Part shown: piece after piece, positions 1 through 10,446 of the stretch
How the letters are laid out: every line of letters starts with the position of its first letter
How positions within the stretch are numbered: position 1 is the stretch's first letter
NCBI GenBank assembly: GCA_038245295.1
Contig: JBBRSP010000006.1
Coordinates: 160,001 to 224,000 of the forward strand
DNA: 64,000 nt
Direction of reading: 5' to 3'
DNA from: Candidatus Binatia bacterium
Lineage (GTDB): Bacteria > Desulfobacterota > Binatia > HRBIN30
Position numbers and translations under genes: made by a program
The notes under the pieces: model-generated
Told to the model about the DNA's origin: nothing
The model's database searches: none
Seen by the model: only the letters and a program-made list of their open reading frames with translations

Positions 1-1048
1 CCGCCGCCGCCCCCGCGTCGGCGTTGCGGCCGAGCTGCCCGGTCTCCGAAGCACCAAGCCCGTCGATGATGAGCCGCCCGGGCAGTAACGCCGCCAGGCT
101 TGCCTTCGTGGTCGGCGAGAACAGCGCGCCACCCGAGGCGATGGCCAGCAGCGACGAGATGTCGGCATCGGCGCGGCGCGCCGCGAACGCGTCGATCAGC
201 GGCACGGCCATCGCGTCGCCGACGATCACCAGGAGGTTCACCTTCTCACGCGCCAACAACTCCCAGATCGCCTCGGCGTCGAAGGCGCCGCCGCGAGCCA
301 GGACAAGTGTGCCGCCGGAAAAGAACTCGTGGAAGGCGAGCCACTGCGCCGCCGCGTGGATGAAAGGCGCCGCCGGGAACGCGACCATCGACATGCCGAG
401 CAAGCGGCCCGGAAGCTCTTCGGGTGAGCTGATGACCATGCCCATCTGCGCCGGGTCGCCGCCGCCCATCGCCGCGAAGAAGATGTCCTCGTGGCGCCAC
501 ACCACGCCCTTCGGCCGACCCGTCGTGCCACCCGTGTAGACGATGTAGAGGTCGTCACCGCTGCGCGGCGCGAAGTCGCGGCGCGGCGATGCGCCGGCCA
601 GGGCCGCCTCGTAATTGACAGCATTGTCGATCCCGACCACCGCGTCGCTGCCGTCGTCGACGACCACGACGTGCTTCAACCGCGGCACCTCGGATACGAC
701 CGGCGCGACGTTCGGCGCGAAGGCTCGATGCACGACGAGTCCGACGAGGTCGGCGTCATCAAAGACGTACCGCAGCTCGTCGGCGACGTAGCGGTAGTTT
801 ACGTTGATCGGCACCGCTCTCACCTTGTACGCCGCGAGCATGCCTTCCAGGTACTCGGTGCCGTTGTGCAACATCAGCCCGATGTGATCGCCGGCGCCGA
901 TGCCGAGACTCAGAAAGTGCTGCGCCAGTCGATTGATACGTTCGTCGAGCTGGCGATACGTCAGCCGCCGCTCCGCTGCGACAATCGCCTCACGGTCCGG
1001 AACCGTGTCGACGATGCTCTCGAAGAGGTCGGCAAGGTTGTAGGTCAT
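1..1048 (-). CDS. Acyl-CoA synthetase (FadD19-like), runs off the left edge
   Basis: Not in the ORF track. Manual translation from ATG 1048 gives MTYNLADLFESIVD... with AMP-binding motif YIVYTGGTTGRPKGVVWRHED. Start overlaps the stop of the upstream gene. Confidence 0.9.
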   Translation of the reverse strand, partial: MTYNLADLFESIVDTVPDREAIVAAERRLTYRQLDERINRLAQHFLSLGIGAGDHIGLMLHNGTEYLEGMLAAYKVRAVPINVNYRYVADELRYVFDDADLVGLVVHRAFAPNVAPVVSEVPRLKHVVVVDDGSDAVVGIDNAVNYEAALAGASPRRDFAPRSGDDLYIVYTGGTTGRPKGVVWRHEDIFFAAMGGGDPAQMGMVISSPEELPGRLLGMSMVAFPAAPFIHAAAQWLAFHEFFSGGTLVLARGGAFDAEAIWELLAREKVNLLVIVGDAMAVPLIDAFAARRADADISSLLAIASGGALFSPTTKASLAALLPGRLIIDGLGASETGQLGRNADAGAAA

Positions 1049-2484
1049 TCGTCGGTCGCCCCACGCTGCTCGGCCAACACACGCAACTCGGTGACCGCGG
1101 CGCCGAACCCCTCCGCCAGATCCCACACGTCGGGCACCGTATCGCGGGCCGCGACGACACCAAAGTCGAGCCGCCCCATGTTGGACAGCACCGTGATGTT
1201 GAGACCAACACCGTCGGCCACCGGCCCCATCGGGAAGGTGGCGAGCACCTGGGCGCCAGCGAAGTAAAGCGGGATCGGCGCGCCACGCATGTTCGAGACG
1301 ACGCAGTTCCACGGCAGCGTCAGGCGGTCGGCGAGCTTGAGCGATGTGAACAGTTGCGCCGCCGCATGGACCATCGGGCCGGGAGCCCAATCGAGCCAGC
1401 CGATCATGATTTCCGGATGTGATGCCTCGAACGCCCGCTTCGCCAGCTCGGTCTCTTCCTGAACCCGTCGCACGATATCGGCCGGATCGGCGAGATGGGT
1501 CGGCAGGTGCACCGTCATGACCGACACTTTGTTCGAGAACTGCCGCAGCTCGGCGTCGGACTTCACCGAAACCGGCACCGCACACGTAAGCGGCTGCACC
1601 GGCAGCGCGTTACGCGCCTCAAGATAACGCCGCAGCGCCAGCGTACACGCCGCCAGCACGGCATCATTGATCGTCACACCGAAGGCGTTCTTGACGAGCT
1701 TGAGATCATCGAGCGGCGCGCTGCCGAAGGCGACGCAGCGATCCGTGCCGGCCGAGCGGCTCCACGGGGTGGTCGGTGAGTCGGGGAAGAGAGAGGCGAC
1801 GCCTCCGGCCCACACGTTTTCTAAAAAGCTGACGGCACTGGACCGCGCCAGCTCCACCAGGTCGCGCGGATCGCGTCGGTTGGCGAGTGAGCTGCTCAGC
1901 AACTCCCAACCCGACGGCAACGGCCCCGGGTGGAAGGGCGGCGCCGGCGGGCTGCTGGCACCGGCTTCGAAGTCGAGCAGATTCGCCATCTGGCTGGCGC
2001 CCGAGGCTCCGTCGATCATGCAGTGATGCAGCTTGGTGACAACCGCCCGGCGCCCGTCCTCGAGACCATCGACGAGCCACATCTCCCACAGCGGTTTGCT
2101 GCGATCGAGGGGTTTGACGGCGATCTCCTCGACGACTTCGGCAAGCTCGCGCATCGTTCCGGGGCGCCGCGCCACGGTGCGGAATACGTGGTCTTCGACG
2201 CGGAAGTCAGGGTCGTCGGCGAGGACAGGGCTGCCGAGGCTGAACGGCACCTCGAGCAAGCGCTGGCGGAACGGCGGCATCAGATGGATGCGCTTCTTCA
2301 CGTGGCTGATGATGTGCGCGCGGTTGAAGTGGCCGCCCGGGACGGTGGCCGGATCGAGGATCAGCGTGCCCAGCGTGTGCATGAGCATCGTCGGTGTCTC
2401 GGCGTGGACGAAGATGGCGTCCTCTCCGGAGAGACGTCGCGGTTCGCTCGGAGTCGATGCCTGGGATCTTGAGCGGGAAGCCAT
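1045..2484 (-). CDS. Wax ester synthase/diacylglycerol acyltransferase (WS/DGAT)
   Basis: Catalytic HHCMIDG motif, PLDRSKPLWE, C-terminal VSNMRG..PLYFAGA. Confidence 0.93.
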   Translation of the reverse strand: MASRSRSQASTPSEPRRLSGEDAIFVHAETPTMLMHTLGTLILDPATVPGGHFNRAHIISHVKKRIHLMPPFRQRLLEVPFSLGSPVLADDPDFRVEDHVFRTVARRPGTMRELAEVVEEIAVKPLDRSKPLWEMWLVDGLEDGRRAVVTKLHHCMIDGASGASQMANLLDFEAGASSPPAPPFHPGPLPSGWELLSSSLANRRDPRDLVELARSSAVSFLENVWAGGVASLFPDSPTTPWSRSAGTDRCVAFGSAPLDDLKLVKNAFGVTINDAVLAACTLALRRYLEARNALPVQPLTCAVPVSVKSDAELRQFSNKVSVMTVHLPTHLADPADIVRRVQEETELAKRAFEASHPEIMIGWLDWAPGPMVHAAAQLFTSLKLADRLTLPWNCVVSNMRGAPIPLYFAGAQVLATFPMGPVADGVGLNITVLSNMGRLDFGVVAARDTVPDVWDLAEGFGAAVTELRVLAEQRGATDE

Positions 2485-2496
2485 GGGTCGTTCTCC

Positions 2497-3423
2497 TTAG
2501 GGCGCGGCAGCGGCGCACGCGGCGGCGCCTTCGGTTGGCAACACATCCGCAAGACACGGCGCCGCCTCGAACTTGCTGTGGCGAGTCGCTGACGCGGAAG
2601 AGCGTTTCCGTGGAGCGAGTTGGGCGAGCACAGCGGCGGCCATCGCCGTCTCGAAGCAAAGGTGGTGGCGGCCGTTCATGAAGTGCCCGGAGCACGCGAC
2701 CTTCACCTGGTGCGCCTGCGGCAGAACATCGGCCACGGCGGCGGCGTGACGGCTCGGGATCAACGCGTCGAGCTCGCCCCAGACGAAGGTCGACGGGATG
2801 CTCACCTGGGCCAGGCGTGTCCATGTGCCGTCGCGTCCGAAGGCGGGGTCGAGCCCCATCTCACGCGCCGCCGAAAGGAAGTGTGTGCGTGTGGCCGGAC
2901 ACGAAAGGTAGTAGGCGACGCGCACGCTGGCGCGCGCCAGCCAGTCGTTTTGGAGCTCCGGACGCGCGTCGAGCATTGACGAGATGCGCTGCAACAGCGG
3001 CCAGGCCCATTCAAGTGGAATTCGTTCCAGAGCCTTTGGGTTCATCCACCGCACAGCCGGCTGCGCCCAAGACGGCTCCCGTGCGGGCAGGAACGGCGCC
3101 ACCATGACGAGGCCGCGGAAGACGCGTGGTTCACGTAGGACGGCTTCCAGGGCGACGCGCCCGCCCATCGACATGCCGAGAATGACCGGACGCGTCTTGA
3201 GACGGCGCGCCAGCTCGATCACCGGCGTCGCCATGAGTGCCGCTGTGAGCGGCGCGTCGGGTCCGGGCGTGCGACCAAAGCCCGGCAGATCGGCGGCAAT
3301 CGTGTGCACGCCGCGCCGCGCCAGCAGGCGCCCAACGCCGCCGAAGGCGGTCGATTCGAGGCATAGCGGATGGAGCATGATCACCGGGCGCCCCTTGCCC
3401 CACTCCTGGGTGAACAGTGTCAT
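2497..3423 (-). CDS. Alpha/beta hydrolase
   Basis: DLPGFG, GMSMGG nucleophile elbow, WGELD, SGH. Confidence 0.88.
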   Translation of the reverse strand: MTLFTQEWGKGRPVIMLHPLCLESTAFGGVGRLLARRGVHTIAADLPGFGRTPGPDAPLTAALMATPVIELARRLKTRPVILGMSMGGRVALEAVLREPRVFRGLVMVAPFLPAREPSWAQPAVRWMNPKALERIPLEWAWPLLQRISSMLDARPELQNDWLARASVRVAYYLSCPATRTHFLSAAREMGLDPAFGRDGTWTRLAQVSIPSTFVWGELDALIPSRHAAAVADVLPQAHQVKVACSGHFMNGRHHLCFETAMAAAVLAQLAPRKRSSASATRHSKFEAAPCLADVLPTEGAAACAAAAP

Positions 3424-4340
3424 ACCGCCACCTCCCGCGCCGTGGTGCGCACGAAGTTGGCGACGAGAAGCGGCCAGGCGCGCACGTCGTCGAGGGTTTC
3501 GGCGACGTGCATGTCGGAGCGCGGCAACAACTCGCTGAGTCGCGCCGCGGTCGACACCGGGTGCGTCGGATCGCCGCGCCAGGCAAGGATGAGCGCCGGC
3601 ATGTGCAGTTGGGCGAGCTTAGTCGGGTCGGGCAGATCAGAGTCGGCAGCACCGCGCATGGCCGTCATCACCGCGTCCGCGTCGGCGTGCGCCAGGGATT
3701 CGACCAGGGCGCCCTGGAGGGAAGCGACCGGGCTGTTGCGGCCGGGGCCGGGCAGCGAGGCGAGGAGGCGGAACGGCGTCAGTCCGGTCCAACCGACCAA
3801 AGTACTGGCAACGCGGTAGAAGGCCGCCTGCCGCGGCCGCGTCTCCCAGGCTGTGGGCGGAGCGACAAGCACCAGACCGGAAACACGTTTGGGTGCCGCC
3901 ACCGCCGCATGCAGCGCCGTGGCGCAGCCCATGGAGACGCCGCCGAGGACGGCATGCGGCGCGGCGAACGCATCGAGGAGCCCGAGCATGTCGAGAGCCA
4001 ACTCGGGCCAGCGCAAGTGGGAAGGATCAGAGTCGAGTGCCGAGCGCCCGTGCGAGCGTGCATCGTAACGGATGAGTCGCGCATGCGCCGCAACCGCCGA
4101 CCAGTCGAGGAGCCGCACCGCGTCTTCCTGCGCCATGCTGCTGAGGAGGCCATGAGCCCAGACAAAAACGCGCCCCTTGTCGGCAGCGATTTTGCCCCCG
4201 GACTGACGCGTCGCCAATTCGACGCCGCGCACGGTTGCCCGGCCAATACGTTGTGGCTTCTGGCGCGTCGATTTTCGGAGCGCGCGATTCAATACGCCCA
4301 TACTGTGCAAAGCACGTGGCCGGCCAGGAAGGGTTAGCAC
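3420..4340 (-). CDS. Alpha/beta hydrolase (start uncertain)
   Basis: HGL, YDARSHGRS, GVSMG, GDPTHP. Confidence 0.85.
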   Translation of the reverse strand: MLTLPGRPRALHSMGVLNRALRKSTRQKPQRIGRATVRGVELATRQSGGKIAADKGRVFVWAHGLLSSMAQEDAVRLLDWSAVAAHARLIRYDARSHGRSALDSDPSHLRWPELALDMLGLLDAFAAPHAVLGGVSMGCATALHAAVAAPKRVSGLVLVAPPTAWETRPRQAAFYRVASTLVGWTGLTPFRLLASLPGPGRNSPVASLQGALVESLAHADADAVMTAMRGAADSDLPDPTKLAQLHMPALILAWRGDPTHPVSTAARLSELLPRSDMHVAETLDDVRAWPLLVANFVRTTAREVAV

Positions 4341-4420
4341 CGCCGCCGGTGCGCCGGGCTGCGCGGCTTTGTCAGGAATCAGAACCCCGGACGTCCGCGT
4401 TGCTAGATGCCGGAATACGT

Positions 4421-4495
4421 CGCAGGCTAAAGCCTGCGCCTACCGGTTCGATTCCACCTGCATAGGAGCTTGGTAGGCGCAGGCTTTAGCCTGCG
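4421..4495. repeat. Inverted pair of GTAG-type REP palindromes
   Basis: CGCAGGCTAAAGCCTGCGCCTACC (4421-4444) and its exact reverse complement (4472-4495). Confidence 0.8.
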
Positions 4496-4515
4496 GTCAG
4501 CTGAGCATCGGTCGA

Positions 4516-5340
4516 CTCACCTTCAGTTACGGCACCCACTATTGCATCGGCGCCGCGACAGTCTCGGCGGTCGGCCCAAACTCCCGCGCATCACGATTGG
4601 CGGCGGCGTAACACAACAGCACCTTTTTACCGGCTGGGATCGTCACTCCCCGCAGATCGACATCGCCCGTCGCCGTGCGCGCCAGGTTTTGCACCGGCGA
4701 GGTCAGGCGCAGTAGCTCTTCGACGGCGCCGGGGATGAGCTCGCGGTTACGCACCAGCTTGGCGCGCTGCTGCGGATGTTCGGTGAGCAGACAACAGGCG
4801 CCCGACAACATCCCGGCGATGGTATCGTTGCCACCGGTGATCATCGTGAAGGCGAAGCCGAGAATACGCGCGATCGACACGGTGTCTTCGCCCAGCCGCG
4901 TCAGATCGGAGACGATATCGTCGCCCGGTGTGATGCGCCGCCGCTGCACCAGGCCGGCAAAGTAGCCAAGCAACTCGGCGAACGGTTCGCGCGCAATGCG
5001 CGGATCACCACCGGCCGCCGCCTGCACGATCGCTTCGGTCCAACGATCAAACAAAGCACGATCTTCCTCCGGCACGCCGAGGTAGTGAGCGACGACATAA
5101 CTCGGCAGCGGCTTGAACAGTTCGGCGACAATGTCGGCCGCGCCGACGGCGCGCATCGCCTCGATGCGGTTGATGACGAAGCGCCGCACCGCAGGCTCGA
5201 TCGTCGCCACCTTGCGCGGCGACAGATCTCTGGTGACCAGGCGCCGGAACTCTGTGTGCTGCGGCGGATCGAGAAACACCATCGGCACCGCGGCGCCAAG
5301 CGCCGGCCACGGTCGATACACACGGTCACATGCTCGCGGC
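4516..5340 (-). pseudogene. Cytochrome P450 (CYP130-like) pseudogene
   Basis: DPPQHTEFRRLV, GGNDT (I-helix), EELLR (ExxR), AANRD. N-terminus missing, stop at 4539 before the heme motif, and the heme motif lies on the opposite strand. Confidence 0.85.
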
Positions 5341-5380
5341 TCCCGTTGGCTCGGCCGGCAATCCAGCATAAAGGAACGCC

Positions 5381-5782
5381 ATGGATTCCTCGAAAGCAAC
5401 CAACCTCTTCCTGCTCATCCTCGGCGTCATCTTCCTACCCTATGGGGTGTACTGCTTCTTCGCCCCCGGCTTCCTCGCCGAAGCAGCCGGCGTCGCCGGC
5501 ACGACGCCAACCGGGCTGACCGAGATTCGCGCCATGTATGGCGGCTTGCAGAGCGGTTTCGGACTGCTGCTCCTCGCCGCCGCGCGCGACCCGCGCCTGT
5601 CTCTCGCCGGACTCGCAGCCATCGCCTTCGTCCTCCCAGGTCTCGCCTCGGCACGCCTGCTCGGCGTCGTCTTTGAAGGCGGCCTGTCGGGTTACACCAT
5701 CGGCGCGCTGATCCTGGAAATCAGCTCGAGCGCAATCTCATTGACCCTGCTCCGCGCACGTCTCAGCTCGACGCGGCTGTAG
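5381..5782 (+). CDS. Small membrane protein (DUF4345-like)
   Basis: Four hydrophobic segments and EIRAMYGG motif. Confidence 0.75.
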   Translation: MDSSKATNLFLLILGVIFLPYGVYCFFAPGFLAEAAGVAGTTPTGLTEIRAMYGGLQSGFGLLLLAAARDPRLSLAGLAAIAFVLPGLASARLLGVVFEGGLSGYTIGALILEISSSAISLTLLRARLSSTRL

Positions 5783-5876
5783 TCTCAACCCTCCTGTGTA
5801 ACATGAGCTGGTGAGAGCAAGCCGCCCCCCTCTCCCAGCTCAACAGAATCGGCGACCTCCGGGAAAGGGTCGGGGG

Positions 5877-6184
5877 CAATGTCGTTAAGTTAGCGAGAGA
5901 AGTGCGTCGTCCCGGCCTCCGAGTCTGTCGACTTTCTCTGATTCATCGTTTGAAACAGCGCAAACACCCCCGTCATACCGGCGAAAGCCGGTATCTCCCC
6001 AGCATTCTTGGCCTTCCACTCGAGGAGATCCCGGCTTTCGCCGGGATGACGTTGCTTCATTTTGGTTTTACGACAGTCTCTTTCGCCGGAATGACGTTGC
6101 TTCATTTCAGTTTATCGACAGTCTCCGCCGCCGGGATGACGAGGCTCCGCATTGGCCCTCACCCTCGCTAACTTAACGACATTG
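5877..6184. mobile_element. MITE-like element with 21-bp terminal inverted repeats, filled with REP-like palindromes
   Basis: CAATGTCGTTAAGTTAGCGAG at 5877-5897 and its exact reverse complement at 6164-6184. Flanks GGGTCGGGGG / GGGTCCGGGT resemble a decayed target duplication. Confidence 0.7.
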
Positions 6185-6268
6185 GGGTCCGGGTGGGGGC
6201 AGCTCTGCGGATCCATCCAGCACATGGAACCCCAGTAATCGCCTGTTCCGGCCCCGCGCCGCCCGAGC

Positions 6269-6680
6269 TCACGCCACCAACCGATACACCGGAGGATACT
6301 CCCCCGGCACCACCTTCATCCGCCCCTGCTCGACGAACGATCGCAGCAACCTGTCGAGCACGGCGACGAGCGGCGCGTCGCCGTGCAACTCAAAGGGGCC
6401 GTTCTCCTCGATGGCACGAATGCCATTCTCCTTGACGTTGCCGGCGACGATCCCCCAGAACGCTCGACGCAGTGTTGCCAGCGCGTGCGGCGGCTTTGGC
6501 ATTGTCGATGTCACTGCCCGAGTTGAGCACCGCCAGCGTACACTTGCGAAACAGCGAGGACAGGCCGCCCTGCCCCGAATCGAGCAGCTTGGCGACCTCG
6601 GCCTGCGACAGATTTTCGAGACTACCCTGCGGCGTGACCCGCGCGTCAACCGCTTCCGGAAGAAGGATACTGGCTTCCAC
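6269..6680 (-). pseudogene. ppnN: Internally deleted nucleotide 5'-monophosphate nucleosidase
   Basis: N-terminal PQGSLENLSQAEV...LFRKCTLAVLNSG joined out of frame to C-terminal LRRAFWGIVAGNVKENGIRAIEENGPF...FVEQGRMK. Confidence 0.8.
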
Positions 6681-6808
6681 GCAAGCAACATGCTCCCAGG
6701 AAGAGGCGCGGCGCAACTGCCGAACATCGGCCATCGGGCCTTATGCTCCGTCTCCCGCATCGGGCCGAAAAGCTTCCCTTCGATAGCCGGCTGTGGCAGC
6801 ACGTACCG

Positions 6809-9550
6809 GTGCGATTTCTTACCTACCAAGATCTCGATATCGGTCCTTTTGCGACCAAGCTGGACAAGGTGCGCAGCGCCATTGAGCGCGACGATTTCCG
6901 GTCGGCGGATGTGAAGAAGCTGGTTGGCTCTGGTTACTACCGAGCCAAGCTCGATGACGCCTCGCGTTTGCTGCTGTCCTTCGTTCAGTTTCGCGGCGAA
7001 ACCGCTTGCCTGGCGCTCGAGGTCATTGCGCACCATGCGTACGACAAGTCTCGTTTTCTGCGCGGCGCCAGCGTAGATGAGACGTCACTGACCGACGTCC
7101 AGACCGCGGACAAGCTCGAGGCGGCGCCGATCCGCCATCTCCATACGACCCGCAGCACCTTTCACCATTTGGATAAGCCGCTGTCCTTCGACGACGCGCA
7201 GGCGGAGGTGTTGCAACATCCGTTGCCGCTGGTCTTGGTGGGCTCGGCTGGGAGCGGCAAGACGGCGCTCATGGTGCAGCGCCTGCGCACTGAGCCAGGG
7301 CGGGTTGCGTACATCACCGAGTCCTCCTGGTTGGCGCGGCTGGCGCGTGAGCTCTACGTCGCCTGCGGCTTCGATCCGGGCGAACAGGAAGCCGACTTCC
7401 TCAGCTACCAGCAGCTGCTCGAGACGGTGGAAGTTCCGAAGGGACGACCCGTGTTGTTCCGCGACTTCGCCGCCTTCTTCCAGCGGCATCGCCAGAAGAT
7501 CCGCTTTGCCGACGCACACCAATGCTTCGAGGAACTGCGCGGTGTCATCACCGCCGAGGCCGAGGGACCTCTGTCGACGCAAGCCTATCTACAGCTGGGT
7601 GTTCGCCAGAGCATTTTTGCGCCAGAGCAGCGCCAACTATTGTACCCGCTTTTTGAGGCGTGGCGCGCCTGGCTTTTGGCGAACGAGCTCTACGAGCCCA
7701 ATCTGGTGGCACACGCCTGCCTCGAGCGCATGACGGCGAGCTACGACTTCGTGGCGATCGACGAGGTGCAAGATCTGACCAATATCCAACTCACCCTGGT
7801 ACTACGCTCGCTGAAGCCTGGGGCGCGCTTCATCGTGGCGGGCGACGCCAACCAGGTCGTCCACCCGAACTTTTTTGCCTGGGCGAAGGTCAAGAGTCTC
7901 TTCTGGCGCGGCGCCGGGTTCGACGAAGCTCGTGACGTCTCCGTGTTGTCGATGAGCTACCGCAACAGCAATGCCGTAACCGCCGTGGCCAACCGGGTCC
8001 TCAAACTCAAACACGCGCGCTTTGGATCCGTCGATCGCGAGAGCACGGCATTGATGAAAAGCGCCGACAGTGTCGAGGGCGACGTTGCTTGCTTCGCCAC
8101 ATCGAGCCCTGCCGTCGCCGAGCTCGATGCGAAAACGAGCCGTTCGACCAAAGTGGCGGTTGTTGTGTTGCGTGATGAGCACAAGGCCGAGGCACGCGCG
8201 CGGTTTCGCACGCCGTTGGTCTTCTCGGTCGTCGAGACCAAGGGCCTCGAGTACGACAGCGTCATCCTGTTCCGCCTGATCGCCTGCGAGCGCCAGACCT
8301 TCGCCGCGTTATGCGAAAACGTCAGTACGGCGGACCTGCAGATCGAGGAGCTCGCGTATCGCCGCGCCCGCGACAAGAGCGACCGATCGCTGGAGGTATA
8401 CAAGTTCTTCGTCAACGCGCTGTACGTGGCGCTGACGCGTTCGGTCGAGAACGTGTATCTCGTTGAGGATGACCCCGAGCATCCTCTGCTGCGGCTTCTC
8501 GCCATTCGGCAGGAAGGCAGCACGGCAACGGTTCAGGCGCGGGCGGCGTCCATCGACGAATGGCAGCGTGAGGTGCACCGTCTGGAGCAACACGGAAAGC
8601 AGGAGCAAGCCGAAGCCATCCGGACCAAGGTGTTGCACCTAGCGCCCGTGCCCTGGAAGGTGCTGGAGGGGGAAACACTTGCACAGCTCGAGAAGGTGGC
8701 TCTCGCTCCGGGAAGTGTTTCATCGAAAGCCCGCCAGCAACTGCTCGACTTTGCGCTCTTTCATGTTGAAGACAATCTCGTCCTCAAGCTGCGCCCCGGC
8801 GACATGGATCACGTGGTCGATTGTCACAGGCTTCGGGCGCCGGTAAGGCGGCGCATGCTCGATGGCTTCGAAGCACGACACTTCAAGGGCGTACTGGACA
8901 AATGCGCCCACCACGGCGTTGATTTTCGCAATCCGCATAACCTGACGCCGCTCATGCTCGCGGCGGCCGCGGGCAATTGGCCACTCGTCGAGGCGCTGCT
9001 GGAAAGAGGTGCCAACCGCGATGCGCGCGACCACCTCGGACGCGCGGCGCTGCATTGGGCGATCGAGCGCGCCTACGACACTGCCGACTTTACGACCGGA
9101 GACTTTGGCCGTATCTATGATGCCCTGGCCGTGCCCTCGGTCGATTTACAGGTCGACGGAAGATTGATGCAGGTGGGACGCGAGCAGGGCGAGTACTTCG
9201 TGATGCAGGCATGTATCACCAACTACTCGCGTATCTTCGCGAGTGCCTGGTTCCGCCTGTACGGATTTTGTACCGCCCTCCTCATGCGCGACGCGTTCGA
9301 GCGTTTCCCCGAAGTCGTGGTGCGCGCGGCGCGGCGCAAACGCACATACCTGAATCACCTCTTCGCCCGAAACGAACGGGACGGATCGTACAAGCCGAAT
9401 CGCAAACTCTGGGTGCGAGCACGGCAAGGTTACTACATGTTCAATCCGGAGGTCAGTCTGAAGGTGCAGCAACGCGACGGCAGCGAAGCTTGGCTGCCCC
9501 TCCCCACTCTGGTTGGCCACGCGTGGTTGCAAAGCCACTCCTCACCGTGA
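6809..9550 (+). CDS. SF1 (UvrD-like) helicase with RelE-like N-terminus and ankyrin repeats
   Basis: GSAGSGKT, IDEVQD, GDANQ, YRNS, KGLEYD, YVALTRS; ankyrin TPLMLAA and AALHWA. GTG start inferred. Confidence 0.85.
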   Translation: MRFLTYQDLDIGPFATKLDKVRSAIERDDFRSADVKKLVGSGYYRAKLDDASRLLLSFVQFRGETACLALEVIAHHAYDKSRFLRGASVDETSLTDVQTADKLEAAPIRHLHTTRSTFHHLDKPLSFDDAQAEVLQHPLPLVLVGSAGSGKTALMVQRLRTEPGRVAYITESSWLARLARELYVACGFDPGEQEADFLSYQQLLETVEVPKGRPVLFRDFAAFFQRHRQKIRFADAHQCFEELRGVITAEAEGPLSTQAYLQLGVRQSIFAPEQRQLLYPLFEAWRAWLLANELYEPNLVAHACLERMTASYDFVAIDEVQDLTNIQLTLVLRSLKPGARFIVAGDANQVVHPNFFAWAKVKSLFWRGAGFDEARDVSVLSMSYRNSNAVTAVANRVLKLKHARFGSVDRESTALMKSADSVEGDVACFATSSPAVAELDAKTSRSTKVAVVVLRDEHKAEARARFRTPLVFSVVETKGLEYDSVILFRLIACERQTFAALCENVSTADLQIEELAYRRARDKSDRSLEVYKFFVNALYVALTRSVENVYLVEDDPEHPLLRLLAIRQEGSTATVQARAASIDEWQREVHRLEQHGKQEQAEAIRTKVLHLAPVPWKVLEGETLAQLEKVALAPGSVSSKARQQLLDFALFHVEDNLVLKLRPGDMDHVVDCHRLRAPVRRRMLDGFEARHFKGVLDKCAHHGVDFRNPHNLTPLMLAAAAGNWPLVEALLERGANRDARDHLGRAALHWAIERAYDTADFTTGDFGRIYDALAVPSVDLQVDGRLMQVGREQGEYFVMQACITNYSRIFASAWFRLYGFCTALLMRDAFERFPEVVVRAARRKRTYLNHLFARNERDGSYKPNRKLWVRARQGYYMFNPEVSLKVQQRDGSEAWLPLPTLVGHAWLQSHSSP

Positions 9551-9672
9551 CAATCTCCGGCGGCGGCGCCGGGTCTGGCGGGAATGTACGATCGAGACAG
9601 CAGGCAGCAGGAAAAAGCGGGACTCCTGTCTTTTGCCTACTGCCTCTCGCAGGTGGTCTTCGGTTTCCGGCT

Positions 9673-10335
9673 TCACCCGAACAACAGCGGGTGAAACCAA
9701 CGCAGCACGACGGTGACACCGATGGCGATCATCAATCGCAGCGCGCCAACTTCTTGCAGAGCCTTGCCAATGCCACCTCTGGTGAAGGGCAGGAACGGCG
9801 TGGCTTTCACGTACGCGTCGTAACCCTGCAAGCCGGCGGCGAGCTTGCGTTGATCCTGATGTCGGCAACCGACGATGGCGAACAGCGGCAGACCACCGAA
9901 GAAGGCAACGTCCGAGGCGAAACCATTGGGGACCATGTGCAATAGACCGAGCAAGCCGAAGCCCATGAATAACGGATGACGCGTGATGCGGGCGACGCCG
10001 CGCACGTCCATCGTGCCGCCGGTCATCGACGCCGGGCTCGGCTGCAGCAGGCCAAGCACCGCTAGCGACATCGCGATACCGATCAGCAAGTAAAGAAGCC
10101 CCTGCGTGCCCGGCCCGATCGGCACAGCCCAAAGCACGGGCCCGCTGTGTTTATGCCCCAGGTAGACCCTGACGAGCGGAACGAAGAAGGCGAGCGAGAT
10201 CAGCGAGTAGACTCCAAGAAAGGCGCGCTCACCGAGACGATCGACCAGCACGGCGCGCCAGCGGATACTCGACAAACCAATATGCGTCGCCGCAAACCCT
10301 AGCCACAGCAAGACGATCACGAGGGTGGCGTTCAT
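9673..10335 (-). CDS. NnrU family membrane protein
   Basis: FAATH, YSLISL, RITRHP, HQDQRK, TPFLPF. Confidence 0.85.
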   Translation of the reverse strand: MNATLVIVLLWLGFAATHIGLSSIRWRAVLVDRLGERAFLGVYSLISLAFFVPLVRVYLGHKHSGPVLWAVPIGPGTQGLLYLLIGIAMSLAVLGLLQPSPASMTGGTMDVRGVARITRHPLFMGFGLLGLLHMVPNGFASDVAFFGGLPLFAIVGCRHQDQRKLAAGLQGYDAYVKATPFLPFTRGGIGKALQEVGALRLMIAIGVTVVLRWFHPLLFG

Positions 10336-10446
10336 GAAGCCTCCGTTTCACCGCCAGCATTCCCCCAGGAACAGCCACGGCGCAACCGTCGCTACATTGG
10401 GCGGTGCGCGAAGATTTTCTAGGTACCGCATTTTGTCACCCTGACA

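Noticed and set aside
24..1267. Plus-strand ORFs at the window start
   Set aside because: Shadows of the minus-strand acyl-CoA synthetase
5900..6140. Repeat cluster as a CRISPR array
   Set aside because: Units are palindromic, in both orientations, and the spacers are themselves repeated
6269..7036. 255-aa ORF as a real gene
   Set aside because: Its first part is antisense to the helicase; only the last roughly 70 codons are ppnN-derived
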